Source: a virus
Direction: 5' to 3' (one strand)
Virus record (IMG/VR): IMGVR_UViG_3300022562_000301
Coordinates: 1 to 45,814 of that record
DNA: 45,814 nucleotides
Positions 34,776 to 43,607 of the stretch are shown here, in pieces (positions within the stretch are counted from its first letter, which is position 1; every line of letters begins with the position of its first letter). Under the pieces are notes generated by a model that had not been told where the DNA came from, searched no databases, and saw nothing but the letters and a program-made list of their open reading frames with translations. The translations under genes and the position numbers were made by a program.

Positions 34776-35457
34776 CTATGTTTAATTCCTTTCTTAATTT
34801 TCTTAGAGCCTCGTCCTTTATTTGATGAACCCTTTGGTGAGATTTGTTTAACTTCTTGCCTATCTCAGCAAGAGTCATGTTCTCGAAGAAATAACAGAAG
34901 ATGGCGGATTTCTCTAAAGGGTTCAGTATATCAATAGGAATCCTATCTACTTCTGGAAAAGACTCCGTAGGATCAATATCATTAAACGATACATTTTCTT
35001 CTAGCTTACCAATATCTATCTCTGCTAGTGATGTACCTAAGTGTCTATGTCTAGGACTTCTTCTTTTAATAACTGAAATCATACGTCGACGAATAGACGT
35101 AATAGCATACGTATTAAAAGTAAATCCTAATGTGGGGTCGAAACTTTTAGCACATAAATATAGTTGCAGGAATCCATCAGAGATACAATCTTCATACAGG
35201 TCTCCTGGTACTCTTAGTTTACCTATACAAAAGAATACAGCTGGAATGTGATTCTTTATAAGTTCAGTTATTCGGTGCTCTTCCTCGGCGGCTTTGGCCT
35301 GTTCTGCCAATTCTCCTTGAACTCCCTGATCGTCTCCTTTAGGATTGCTACTTGACGGTGTTTCTTCCCTGTCGTCATGAATAGTAGTCTCTCCCATTGT
35401 TCGGGGGTGAAGTGTTTGTACGCCTCTTGACATAACATTAAGTTTCGAAGTAAACAT
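34765..35457 (-). CDS. sigma-70 family RNA polymerase sigma factor (group 4-sized); start uncertain (35457, 35433 or 35397)
   Basis: Region 2-like DCISDGFLQLYLCAKSFDP..GFTFNTYAITSIRRRM. Region 4.2 HTH MTLAEIGKKLNKSHQRVHQIKDEALRKLR. Confidence 0.8.
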   Translation of the reverse strand: MFTSKLNVMSRGVQTLHPRTMGETTIHDDREETPSSSNPKGDDQGVQGELAEQAKAAEEEHRITELIKNHIPAVFFCIGKLRVPGDLYEDCISDGFLQLYLCAKSFDPTLGFTFNTYAITSIRRRMISVIKRRSPRHRHLGTSLAEIDIGKLEENVSFNDIDPTESFPEVDRIPIDILNPLEKSAIFCYFFENMTLAEIGKKLNKSHQRVHQIKDEALRKLRKELNIGDI

Positions 35458-35648
35458 TGTTTAGTAAACCTATGAATTTGTGATCCACCGTGAATGAACG
35501 TATTAGCTTTCCTTAGCCCTTCATAAGTAGTAAATCCATCAAGCCATTTGTATACTGTTTCCTCCTTAATTTTAGCAAAGTCAAATATTAGTTTGTAATC
35601 ATTATATGTCTTAAGAATTTCACTAACTATGTCTTGCTTACTACTCAC
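35268..35648 (-). CDS. hypothetical protein (126 aa); its 3' end overlaps the sigma-factor ORF out of frame
   Basis: GTG start. The overlapped part (…EQWERLLFMTTGKKHRQVAILKETIREF…) still looks protein-like. Confidence 0.5.
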   Translation of the reverse strand: MSSKQDIVSEILKTYNDYKLIFDFAKIKEETVYKWLDGFTTYEGLRKANTFIHGGSQIHRFTKQCLLRNLMLCQEAYKHFTPEQWERLLFMTTGKKHRQVAILKETIREFKENWQNRPKPPRKSTE

Positions 35649-35838
35649 TGTTTGGCAACTCCTTATTTTCGTAGCCCAATCCTATATACTTCTCATAGAT
35701 ATTTATTAATTTACTATGGTCTTGTTCATTCATTTCCTGATGATCTGCCAGTAACCAGAAATTAATAAATTGTTCTTCATCTTCATCTAATTCTACATCT
35801 GTTAGTGATTCTACAATATACCTTTCATTAGTGTTCAC
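35641..35838 (-). CDS. small acidic protein (65 aa)
   Basis: Packed array. Confidence 0.6.
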   Translation of the reverse strand: MNTNERYIVESLTDVELDEDEEQFINFWLLADHQEMNEQDHSKLINIYEKYIGLGYENKELPNSE

Positions 35839-35848
35839 TATTTCTCCC

Positions 35849-38113
35849 TTACTTTTCTGACCAGTTATTTATATTTCTCTTCCACTCCAGTTCTAGAAGT
35901 GGAACTACCTCACGATAAACCTCAACTAATTTTAATGCAATTAATTCTACGGTGTCTGTTAGTTCAGGCAAGTGTACTGTAATAATTTCGTCGTGAATAT
36001 TCATAGGAGCTACGTGAAATTTGTTAACTCCTGGTGGTTGCAAGTCCCATATACTTCTCTGCAATGCTTTACATATTTCTGCACCAGTTGATTGTATAAT
36101 ATGATTAGCTGCTGCTCTCATATTACTTGCTTGTAACTGAAAAGCACAAGAATACAATGCAGTTTGTGTAGCACCTAGTGCAGTTTGTGTTCTATCCTTT
36201 GATCTTTTTACTGTAGTATTACTAGCATTAATGGTACTATTTATGTTTTCTATTCTTCTAATATCCTGTGCTAGTTCGAAAAGGAATCGACATATTTTAT
36301 TTTCCAAATTAAAGTAACGTCTAAAGCCCAAAAGAGATTCGATGTATGGGGCAGGTTCATTCCACTCAATATTTGTTCCAATCCCTCCTGGTTGCTGCAT
36401 AGCACAAAAGGCCCGATTGATAATTCTTCTAGCTTTAGCCCAATCGGGGTACCTCTGAGAAAGCTCCTTAATCGCGTGTTCAGCCTCACTCTCATGTACC
36501 CCAGCAGTTCTTGCAAGTCTTTCTTCTCTTGCTCCATAGAACATTGCGAATACGGATGTCTTAGCTTTAGAATAGAGGTCGTCTGCTTTTCCTTTACTGG
36601 ATAAAATTTGATCGTAGGAAACTTTAAATAATGATGATCCAAAGATCGCATGAAAACTTTTGCCTGATCGCAAATCACGTTCAAGATTTGAGTCTCTGCA
36701 CTGTCCATGTGTAATAGCTACCTCAAAAGATTCGAAGTCACCACCAGAAGTTATATACCCTGGGAATGCGAAAAGAAAAAGTCTACGAAAAGTTTTATCT
36801 CGCTGTATTCCCTGGGGGTTAATTGAACCGGACTTAGAACCCCGTCCTTCGGTAAATCCCCCACCGGACATTCTTCCAGATTTTGCACCAATAACTTTAA
36901 AGTCAGGATTAAACGTTCCGGTATTGTCAAGTCGTTGTAGAATTGTGATTTCTTTATTAGCTGTTCTACCTCGTAGAATCTGTGCTGCCCGTTTTCCAAG
37001 TTCACTATCACCATACATCTCCTTTAATTTAGTTAATACTTCTTCACTAGTATTTACTATACCAATTTTAGCAAGATTCTTTTCCATGTCAGATAAGTTA
37101 GTATCTTTATCTACTCCTTCTTTCAACCATTGTTTAACTCGTAAAGGTGAATCTATATTTACTTCCCTAGATAATTCTTGAGATATTCGTAGATTTTCAA
37201 GAAGTCGCTGTGCGATACCGAGAGCGTCAATGGAATAGCCGAACCATCTAACCGCTCCGACACAACAAGCGAGTTCGCTATCGTTATCTCCCGGAGTCGG
37301 GCATCCAAAGTGATGATACAATCTTTCGAGGAGAATAATGTCGTCAGTTGCGTAGGCGGTTGCATTTTTATTGCGTGCCCAGTAATTGATATTGGCTTCA
37401 ATGACTTCCGGCCAGCCACTGATATAGGGGTTATACTGTTCTTCTTTGGGATAGAGCTCTTTGGGTACAGGGTACTCATAAGTTTTTACCTTAAAGATAG
37501 CCTGCGATAGTGGTTTCAAACCACCACTAGGTTTAAACTTTAATACTAGATTAGGGAAATCTGGATCAGGAGTTTTGTTTTTACCACTATTAATATCTAT
37601 TTCCCAATGGTATCCTTCCTGTGATTTATAAAAGAATATAGGATCGAACGATAGATGTTTAGTTAGGTACTGTTTAAGAGGTTCTATTAATTGTTTAGGA
37701 ACGCGACGTATTACTATATTACGTCTGTCCATTAAGTTTTGCCACTCGGTCTTACGAGAATGTAGAAATAAATCTAATGCTCGCTTTGGTTTGAGGCAGA
37801 TGAAATCTGTTCTTGGTATTTCTCCTTTATAAAATCGTTCTGATATTTGTATAACTTCTTGTATATCTGGAGCTTTCGTTTTATCAGTAATATGGTGGAA
37901 TAGGTTATACAATTTAACAATATGGAACCAATCAAAAGACAAGTTAAAAGCACACACATCATCATTACAGAACTCCTCAAGTAGATTCAGTGTAGTCTTT
38001 ACTGGCTCCTTCCACACATGGTGTAATGTGACCGACGAATCTGTCAAACTCTTGTGCTGAATAAGCACGATGGGCCCCATTAGCCCACAAGTCTCCGAGT
38101 CCAGTAGGTGCAT
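35849..38113 (-). CDS. family A DNA polymerase with 3'-5' exonuclease domain
   Basis: N-terminal MHLLDSETCGL is the Exo I DxE motif, positioned as in T7 gp5. Motif A GGDFESFEV, motif B KAKTSVFAMFYGA and motif C NIHDEI. Confidence 0.9.
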   Translation of the reverse strand: MHLLDSETCGLMGPIVLIQHKSLTDSSVTLHHVWKEPVKTTLNLLEEFCNDDVCAFNLSFDWFHIVKLYNLFHHITDKTKAPDIQEVIQISERFYKGEIPRTDFICLKPKRALDLFLHSRKTEWQNLMDRRNIVIRRVPKQLIEPLKQYLTKHLSFDPIFFYKSQEGYHWEIDINSGKNKTPDPDFPNLVLKFKPSGGLKPLSQAIFKVKTYEYPVPKELYPKEEQYNPYISGWPEVIEANINYWARNKNATAYATDDIILLERLYHHFGCPTPGDNDSELACCVGAVRWFGYSIDALGIAQRLLENLRISQELSREVNIDSPLRVKQWLKEGVDKDTNLSDMEKNLAKIGIVNTSEEVLTKLKEMYGDSELGKRAAQILRGRTANKEITILQRLDNTGTFNPDFKVIGAKSGRMSGGGFTEGRGSKSGSINPQGIQRDKTFRRLFLFAFPGYITSGGDFESFEVAITHGQCRDSNLERDLRSGKSFHAIFGSSLFKVSYDQILSSKGKADDLYSKAKTSVFAMFYGAREERLARTAGVHESEAEHAIKELSQRYPDWAKARRIINRAFCAMQQPGGIGTNIEWNEPAPYIESLLGFRRYFNLENKICRFLFELAQDIRRIENINSTINASNTTVKRSKDRTQTALGATQTALYSCAFQLQASNMRAAANHIIQSTGAEICKALQRSIWDLQPPGVNKFHVAPMNIHDEIITVHLPELTDTVELIALKLVEVYREVVPLLELEWKRNINNWSEK

Positions 38114-38294
38114 GATAATAACCTCTATAAGTTATTTCCTTATAGCAATAGCAACCTTCATTCATTACTTCGAATATATAAAATAATGTTTTAAATCCAT
38201 TATCATATATAAATACTTCTGGTATCTTTATCCACTTAGTTGTAATAATAATATCTTCCCTAATGTTAGGGCCCTTAAGTAGTTTTATTTTCAT
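37977..38294 (-). CDS. hypothetical protein (105 aa); its last 137 nt overlap the DNA polymerase start out of frame
   Basis: The first ~60 codons (38114-38294) fill the only space between helicase and polymerase. Confidence 0.5.
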   Translation of the reverse strand: MKIKLLKGPNIREDIIITTKWIKIPEVFIYDNGFKTLFYIFEVMNEGCYCYKEITYRGYYHAPTGLGDLWANGAHRAYSAQEFDRFVGHITPCVEGASKDYTEST

Positions 38295-39981
38295 AACAAA
38301 CTTTCCTTAGGGTTTTCTTTAACTCGTTAATGGTTAGTTTCTGTAGACCGTCACTAGTCTCTAGTGCTTTCTTTATTGTTATGTCTGTTGGTAAATTAAT
38401 TATATCAACGATCCTTGTTCCTTTTGTTACGTCCATACCTGGTCTATCTCTCCTATCTTCAGATTGCTGACGAGCATCTCTATTAAATGTATTACTATAG
38501 TAGACGAGAGCTTCGGTGCGAGTAAGGGTAAGACCATGAAACTTAGCTGGATTTCCTATGATACACATATTACCGAAGCTCTCGTCTTTATCCTGGAAGT
38601 CACTGATAATATCATTGATTGGCACGATTTTCTTTTCTAATTTACCAGTGACATTATCATGAACAAAGTATTCGTCTTTCATGGTTCGCTCGCGAACCAT
38701 GTCTATGTTAGCTGCTGCCCATCCTGCATGTTTAACTATCTCCTGTAGTTTGTCTACTATAGCACGATAGCCAGCATAGATAATTAAACGTCCTGGCCCA
38801 CCATTCTCATAACTATAGAAGTCTAGTAGCTCCTTAATAATTTCTACCTTAGGTGATCCCATCCAATCATAGCCAGTGATAACTTTCTTTCCATTAATGT
38901 AGTCGTGTTTATATTGGAATCCATCACTTAATTGTCTGCATAGTTCAGCACCGATAAGGGCAGACTCACTATTTTCTAGTAATAGCATTGCAGTTTCTTG
39001 CAGTAGTCTATATTTATCTTTATCAATGTAACTTGAGCAGTCAATCTCGTCATAGATTTTATCAGGAAAGTTAAAGCAATCAGCACGAGATTTAACGAGA
39101 CAAATAGGTGCAAGACGTTTACCTAATGCCTTTACTTCATCTTCTTTCCATGAAATTAATTCTGGATATGTTCCGTATTCTCCTTCAACGTATTCGATAT
39201 TGGCATATCTATTTCTAAATTTATGTACCGATCCTTCCCGAATAAATCCGGGACAACATACTTCAATTTGATGCCACCATTCGGAGGGATCTTTCGGGGC
39301 TGGTGCTCCCGACATACATACGATAAAGCCGTCATGAGTTTCCCGCACAAGTCGTGAGAGTTCAAAGGCAACTTGACTTCTCTGGGCAGCTGGATTTTTA
39401 ATTTTAATAGACTCATCAAATACTACTCCATGAGGTATGGTTTCGTGAGCATCCATTACTTTATGTAGTGACTCATAGGTAGTAAATAATACAGGTCTTA
39501 CCTTTGGTTTCCATCTGTCTATTTGCCTTTGCCACTCCCTTTGGGCACCAGATGGAGCTACTACCCACCAGATGGATGCCATAGCTCTAGCTAATGCTTC
39601 TTCCATTACTGTTAATGCTGCTAGAGTTTTCCCTAACCCCATTTGTGCAGCAACTAATACTCTCTTTCTATTTAATACAAACTGTACAATTTCCTCTTGA
39701 TGAGGGAATAGTGGATGCTCCGTGTAAAGAGGATAAGTATTGAGAGGTTTATAGTAGTGCGATCTTTTACCTGCAAGGAATTCTATCGCATAAACATTAC
39801 GTTCTACTAATGGGCATTGCCATACTCTTTTTTCTTTATTCCATTGTGCTCCCTGTAACTGTCGCAATTCTTCTATTAAGGTAGGGTTATAGGGAGAGGC
39901 AATAGATATTGTACCACCGTCGATAGACACTGATACATTTATTGGTATTAGTAGGTCATCCTTTTTTATCTTAAAGATCAC
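38275..39981 (-). CDS. SNF2-family (DEAD/H-like) helicase
   Basis: Motif I AAQMGLGKT, motif II VVFDESIKIKN, motif VI-like RQQSEDRRDRPG. Confidence 0.85.
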   Translation of the reverse strand: MIFKIKKDDLLIPINVSVSIDGGTISIASPYNPTLIEELRQLQGAQWNKEKRVWQCPLVERNVYAIEFLAGKRSHYYKPLNTYPLYTEHPLFPHQEEIVQFVLNRKRVLVAAQMGLGKTLAALTVMEEALARAMASIWWVVAPSGAQREWQRQIDRWKPKVRPVLFTTYESLHKVMDAHETIPHGVVFDESIKIKNPAAQRSQVAFELSRLVRETHDGFIVCMSGAPAPKDPSEWWHQIEVCCPGFIREGSVHKFRNRYANIEYVEGEYGTYPELISWKEDEVKALGKRLAPICLVKSRADCFNFPDKIYDEIDCSSYIDKDKYRLLQETAMLLLENSESALIGAELCRQLSDGFQYKHDYINGKKVITGYDWMGSPKVEIIKELLDFYSYENGGPGRLIIYAGYRAIVDKLQEIVKHAGWAAANIDMVRERTMKDEYFVHDNVTGKLEKKIVPINDIISDFQDKDESFGNMCIIGNPAKFHGLTLTRTEALVYYSNTFNRDARQQSEDRRDRPGMDVTKGTRIVDIINLPTDITIKKALETSDGLQKLTINELKKTLRKVCYENKTT

Positions 39982-40204
39982 TGGGTCTCTCCCCTAAAGT
40001 TATATAATAACTAAGGGTTTTCTTTAACCTTTCAGCTTTTACGCCATAACGTCTGTCCATTTCATATTTATCTCCACATCCTGTGCATATTTCTACGCTT
40101 GCTATATTTTTATTACCTTGACTATAATGATTTACTTGTAATATAATAGCATCGCCTCTTCTTTCTAGTTCTTTTCCACATAAATCGCAGTAATATTTTA
40201 TCAT
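39971..40204 (-). CDS. zinc-ribbon protein (77 aa)
   Basis: CDLCGK ... CTGCG. Confidence 0.6.
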   Translation of the reverse strand: MIKYYCDLCGKELERRGDAIILQVNHYSQGNKNIASVEICTGCGDKYEMDRRYGVKAERLKKTLSYYITLGERPSDL

Positions 40205-40209
40205 TATTG

Positions 40210-40437
40210 TTATATCTCCACTATGACTGCTTGCTTATAGTGATAAATGAAATTCTTATAGCTGCTGTTTAGTGCAGCTATTTGATTGTACTCTACCTGA
40301 CCTGTTTTAATAAAGTAAGTGTCGTGCTTCTTTATAATGTCAGGTAAGTCTACTGCTGTTATTGTTTTCTCCGTAGGTGCAATGTCTGTATCTATTTTAA
40401 CTCTAAAGGTTCGCACTGATGTCCTCCTGAATTTCAT
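40210..40437 (-). CDS. hypothetical protein (75 aa)
   Basis: Packed array. Confidence 0.55.
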   Translation of the reverse strand: MKFRRTSVRTFRVKIDTDIAPTEKTITAVDLPDIIKKHDTYFIKTGQVEYNQIAALNSSYKNFIYHYKQAVIVEI

Positions 40438-40672
40438 CTTTCATAAGATCATACAATTTATTCATGACTGATTCTTTAGTTTCTGGTGGTGTGTTATATG
40501 TAATGTGGAAATCGTCTTTGCATTGGGGGCATATTGGTAATTCTCTGAAATGATATGGTCCTATATAGGAAGCAGTGCTAGAAAAACTTACGGCTATCCA
40601 ACCTGATGGTAATTCTTTACCGTATTGCCAATCAGATTCTACCTTACATTTACGGCATTGTACTTTATACAT
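40403..40672 (-). CDS. zinc-ribbon protein (89 aa)
   Basis: CRKC ... CPQC. Confidence 0.6.
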   Translation of the reverse strand: MYKVQCRKCKVESDWQYGKELPSGWIAVSFSSTASYIGPYHFRELPICPQCKDDFHITYNTPPETKESVMNKLYDLMKDEIQEDISANL

Positions 40673-40685
40673 ACCTTAATTTTCC

Positions 40686-41450
40686 TTAAAGTTTACCTCT
40701 AATTAGTGTCATCCAACCTTGTTTTTCTACCCTTTGTTTTGCTTGCTTAACGTATTCTTCATGGTTATCTTGGCCATAGAATCTCCTATTATAAGTTCTA
40801 CAAATAACGGCAGTAGTACCACTTCCTAAGAAGGGGTCAAATACTATATCATTAGGATTAGTATAAGCTAGAATGATTCTTTTTGCCAATTCTTCTGGTT
40901 GTTGGCTAACCCTATTAAGTTTTCGTTGAAAGAATCTGGTAAGAGAGTTACCAGGAACTCGCGGTATTGACCAAACTGTACCCGGTGTGCGACCCCTATA
41001 ATCGGCACGACTATCGCCTGAGGTAAGGCGTTGAGATTGGATTGCTACGTCCTGCCAATTAAACGGAGGGATAGAATTAGTTGTTCTGTATACTAGTATA
41101 TTGTCGTGGGATGGTACGAATTTTTTACGAGTATAAAGTCCGAAGTCATAGTGCCATATTATTTCTTGTTCTAATGTTAATTGATGAAAGTTATGGTGTA
41201 TTAGGTGTTCAAATAGGCGACGTATTTTATGATGTAGACAAAGTACTAGGCGAGAGCCGTCGATATAATCTAATAAATCGACGGTCTCGCCTAGCCATGC
41301 AAGGGAGAAAGCCTGATATTCCAAATAAGATAGACGATCACTATTGTCATTGTAACCACGTCCCGATGGCGGGTCACAATAACATAATCTTACTCGTCCA
41401 CGTATCGCGGATCGGTAAGGGGATGGTAAGGTAGAGTCAGCTACTATCAT
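40686..41450 (-). CDS. DNA methyltransferase (N6-A/N4-C, beta class) with atypical DPPS motif IV
   Basis: Motif IV CYCDPPSG precedes motif I VFDPFLGSGTT. Confidence 0.8.
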   Translation of the reverse strand: MIVADSTLPSPYRSAIRGRVRLCYCDPPSGRGYNDNSDRLSYLEYQAFSLAWLGETVDLLDYIDGSRLVLCLHHKIRRLFEHLIHHNFHQLTLEQEIIWHYDFGLYTRKKFVPSHDNILVYRTTNSIPPFNWQDVAIQSQRLTSGDSRADYRGRTPGTVWSIPRVPGNSLTRFFQRKLNRVSQQPEELAKRIILAYTNPNDIVFDPFLGSGTTAVICRTYNRRFYGQDNHEEYVKQAKQRVEKQGWMTLIRGKL

Positions 41451-41462
41451 TACTATTACTAT

Positions 41463-41547
41463 TACCCCTACCTGGACTCGAACCAGGACACCCTTAATGG
41501 GCGAGGGATTTTAAGTCCCTTGCGTCTGCCTATTCCGCCATAGGGGC
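41463..41547 (-). tRNA. tRNA-Leu (anticodon UAA), type II with long variable arm; no encoded CCA
   Basis: The reverse complement folds by hand as GCCCCTA-TG-GCG-(11-nt D loop)-CGC-A-AGGGA-CTTAAAA-TCCCT-(16-nt variable arm)-CCTGG-TTCGAGT-CCAGG-TAGGGGT-A. Confidence 0.85.
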
Positions 41548-41564
41548 AGGCCCGTAGGGAAAAA

Positions 41565-41645
41565 GGGGGTAGTGGTGGGGATTAGGGGAATCGTCATAAG
41601 AAAACCTTTTCCCTAACGGTTAAGGTTACTTACACCACTACCCCC
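41565..41645 (-). terminator. Long hairpin with 13-bp perfect arms (GGGGGTAGTGGTG / CACCACTACCCCC) followed on the minus strand by TTTTT
   Basis: Read directly. Lies between the stop of 41664..42365 and the tRNA. The 55-nt loop has partial internal pairing. Confidence 0.6.
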
Positions 41646-41663
41646 CTATTTCACTGATCGATG

Positions 41664-42365
41664 TTACCGATCGTCGGTACTCTTTGCTTCTTCAACTTTA
41701 CCGCCTGAGCGTTCAGCAAAGACGGGAGAGCTAAAGATTCCTATGGCCTCTTCTGCTTCCTCTTTATTAGGCTGCCAAGACTTATCAGCCTGAACCGGAG
41801 TAACCTTCGGTACATAATGAGGGTTACGCGATTCACGCAAGAAAGAGGAGAGGATAAGGCAGTTAGTGAATGGTAACTGTTTAGCACCTTCGGAAGTACG
41901 CTTGTCAGGCGGCGTCCAGTAATCAATAATATCTTTGGCTACTGGTCGTGCTGATGGTACATTAGGGTGATAAACAGCAAACTTATCAAGCTCAGGAAGA
42001 TAAACCAAGAAACTATAACCATAGCGAGGATCTTCTCCCTCGGAGTATGATCTACGCATGGATACGATTTTCTTAGTAATTGCTGAGCCCGAATCAAACG
42101 ACTCAAGTTCACGCTGTTTATTCTTTAAATAAATTGCGTGAAACCTCTGGGCAACGATGGTAATCTTTACATCTTTACCCAAATTATTGTCATCGAACAG
42201 AAATTCACCGGGCCTACCTTTGCCTTGCTGAACTCCGTCCGATTGTCCGTGTAACAGTTGAATGTTCTGGTGAAAATTAGCTGTTCCCTTAGTGGCTAAT
42301 GCTAGTTCTTGCGATTTAGCTGCATCACTTTGGGTCGTTAAATCCGTGAAACTGGTATCAGTCAT
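41664..42365 (-). CDS. hypothetical protein (233 aa); weak SSB-like hint from an acidic C-terminal tail only
   Basis: Position in the replication module. No motif recognised. Confidence 0.6.
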   Translation of the reverse strand: MTDTSFTDLTTQSDAAKSQELALATKGTANFHQNIQLLHGQSDGVQQGKGRPGEFLFDDNNLGKDVKITIVAQRFHAIYLKNKQRELESFDSGSAITKKIVSMRRSYSEGEDPRYGYSFLVYLPELDKFAVYHPNVPSARPVAKDIIDYWTPPDKRTSEGAKQLPFTNCLILSSFLRESRNPHYVPKVTPVQADKSWQPNKEEAEEAIGIFSSPVFAERSGGKVEEAKSTDDR

Positions 42366-42381
42366 TATGGTTCCTTTAAGT

Positions 42382-42509
42382 AGGTAATAGGTAGCAAATT
42401 GCCTGTATTAGGTATAGGTAATAGGTAGGGATATTACTCCCTACCTATTACCCTTGAGCGGTTACTGCTGCTGCTATTCACCGCCAAATCCATTTTTGTT
42501 ACCTATTAC
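42382..42509. repeat. Cluster of GGTAATAGGTAG-type repeats: direct copies at 42382-42393 and 42416-42430, inverted copies at 42437-42451 and 42499-42509; the middle pair forms a 15-bp perfect palindrome
   Basis: Read directly: GGTAATAGGTAGGGA-tattac-TCCCTACCTATTACC. Lies immediately downstream of the ParB-like gene. Confidence 0.8.
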
Positions 42510-42518
42510 CCTGCTTCG

Positions 42519-43463
42519 TTAATTGAGGCTAATCCCTGCTTCCTGGAGACGGCGTTCCAGCATCTTAATGTGGTCTTGTACCTCTGCTGGAATCTTTTCC
42601 TTCTCTTTCTTTTCCTTCTCTTTCTTCTTCTCTTCTTCCTTAATTCTCAGGGATTCCTCATCAATTTGAAGAGCTAGCTTGCAGAATTCCATTTGACCAG
42701 CAACAAAGAGGTAATCTTCATTGTCGGTATCCATGGATTCCATTTGGTTAGTTAAATGGGCAAGCTGATCTTCGAACCATGCCTTCTTCCTAAGGACAAG
42801 GTTCAATACCTTATCGGGGTTTTCACCTCTCGCTGCGGCACGAATCTTCTTAATTTCCGTCTTTGCGTAATTAATAAATTCGTTGGTTGACTTCTCCTGT
42901 GCTTCCTTAAGATGGTTGTTCTGATGCTCTTGAGGAATGCGTGACAGTGCAATAGCACTAGTAGGAGTAATCTTGCCTTTAGACAGTAATTCTGTAGCTT
43001 CCTTAGTAAGGCGTTCAAGTCCCAAAAGATTAGAGAGCTCAGCTTGCGTCATATTAAACGCAATAGCAACGTCAGCTTGAGTCATGTTAGGATTATGCAT
43101 CATATAAGTCTTAACATGGTCGAGCTCTTGAATCTTTGTTTGCTTAACACGATTCCTATTGAGAATCATTTGCAGACGACGACAGTCATCTTCACTATGA
43201 TCCATAATACGGCAAGGAATAGTGTCTTTGCGTAACTCTTTGGAAATTGACCAGCGTTGACAGCCATCAATTCCAATAAACTTTCCTGGTACTGGCTGAC
43301 CAGTGGCATCCCTCTTAGGCCGGACGAGAATAGGTAACTGTACTCCTTCGAGTTCAATGGAATACTTTAACCTATCATATTCTTGAGTCCCAACCTGTGC
43401 TTCACGAATCTTTACCTCATCAAAATCAATATCTGATAAGGCAATGTCTTGAGCTTCAATCAC
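42519..43463 (-). CDS. parB: ParB-like (ParB/Srx N-terminal domain) DNA-binding or nuclease protein
   Basis: LPILVRP......FIGIDGCQRW matches the ParB N-terminal box. Central HTH-like region (MTQADVAIAFNMTQAELSNLL). K/E-rich coiled-coil tail. GTG start. Confidence 0.7.
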   Translation of the reverse strand: MIEAQDIALSDIDFDEVKIREAQVGTQEYDRLKYSIELEGVQLPILVRPKRDATGQPVPGKFIGIDGCQRWSISKELRKDTIPCRIMDHSEDDCRRLQMILNRNRVKQTKIQELDHVKTYMMHNPNMTQADVAIAFNMTQAELSNLLGLERLTKEATELLSKGKITPTSAIALSRIPQEHQNNHLKEAQEKSTNEFINYAKTEIKKIRAAARGENPDKVLNLVLRKKAWFEDQLAHLTNQMESMDTDNEDYLFVAGQMEFCKLALQIDEESLRIKEEEKKKEKEKKEKEKIPAEVQDHIKMLERRLQEAGISLN

Positions 43464-43585
43464 TTAATAATTCCTAACGAAAAGAGGATAAGTACTGAGA
43501 GGTTTATTATAATAATTTACCTTACGAATGGGTTAGTTACTTCCTTTACTTGCTTTAATTTACGTCATTACATTTACTCCTTCTT

Positions 43586-43607
43586 ACGAATTGTTACGGT
43601 GGTCATA
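43586..43607 (-). promoter_or_regulatory. Conserved motif, copy 2 (plus strand ACGAATTGTTACGGTGGTCATA)
   Basis: 21/22 identical to 44247-44268. Lies in the 224-bp gap upstream of parB. Confidence 0.55.

Noticed and set aside
35268-35400. Programmed -1 frameshift fusing 35268..35648 to the sigma factor
   Set aside because: The frames are in a -1 relationship, but I found no X XXY YYZ slippery heptamer aligned to the upstream frame in the overlap. It is reported only as an unexplained overlap.
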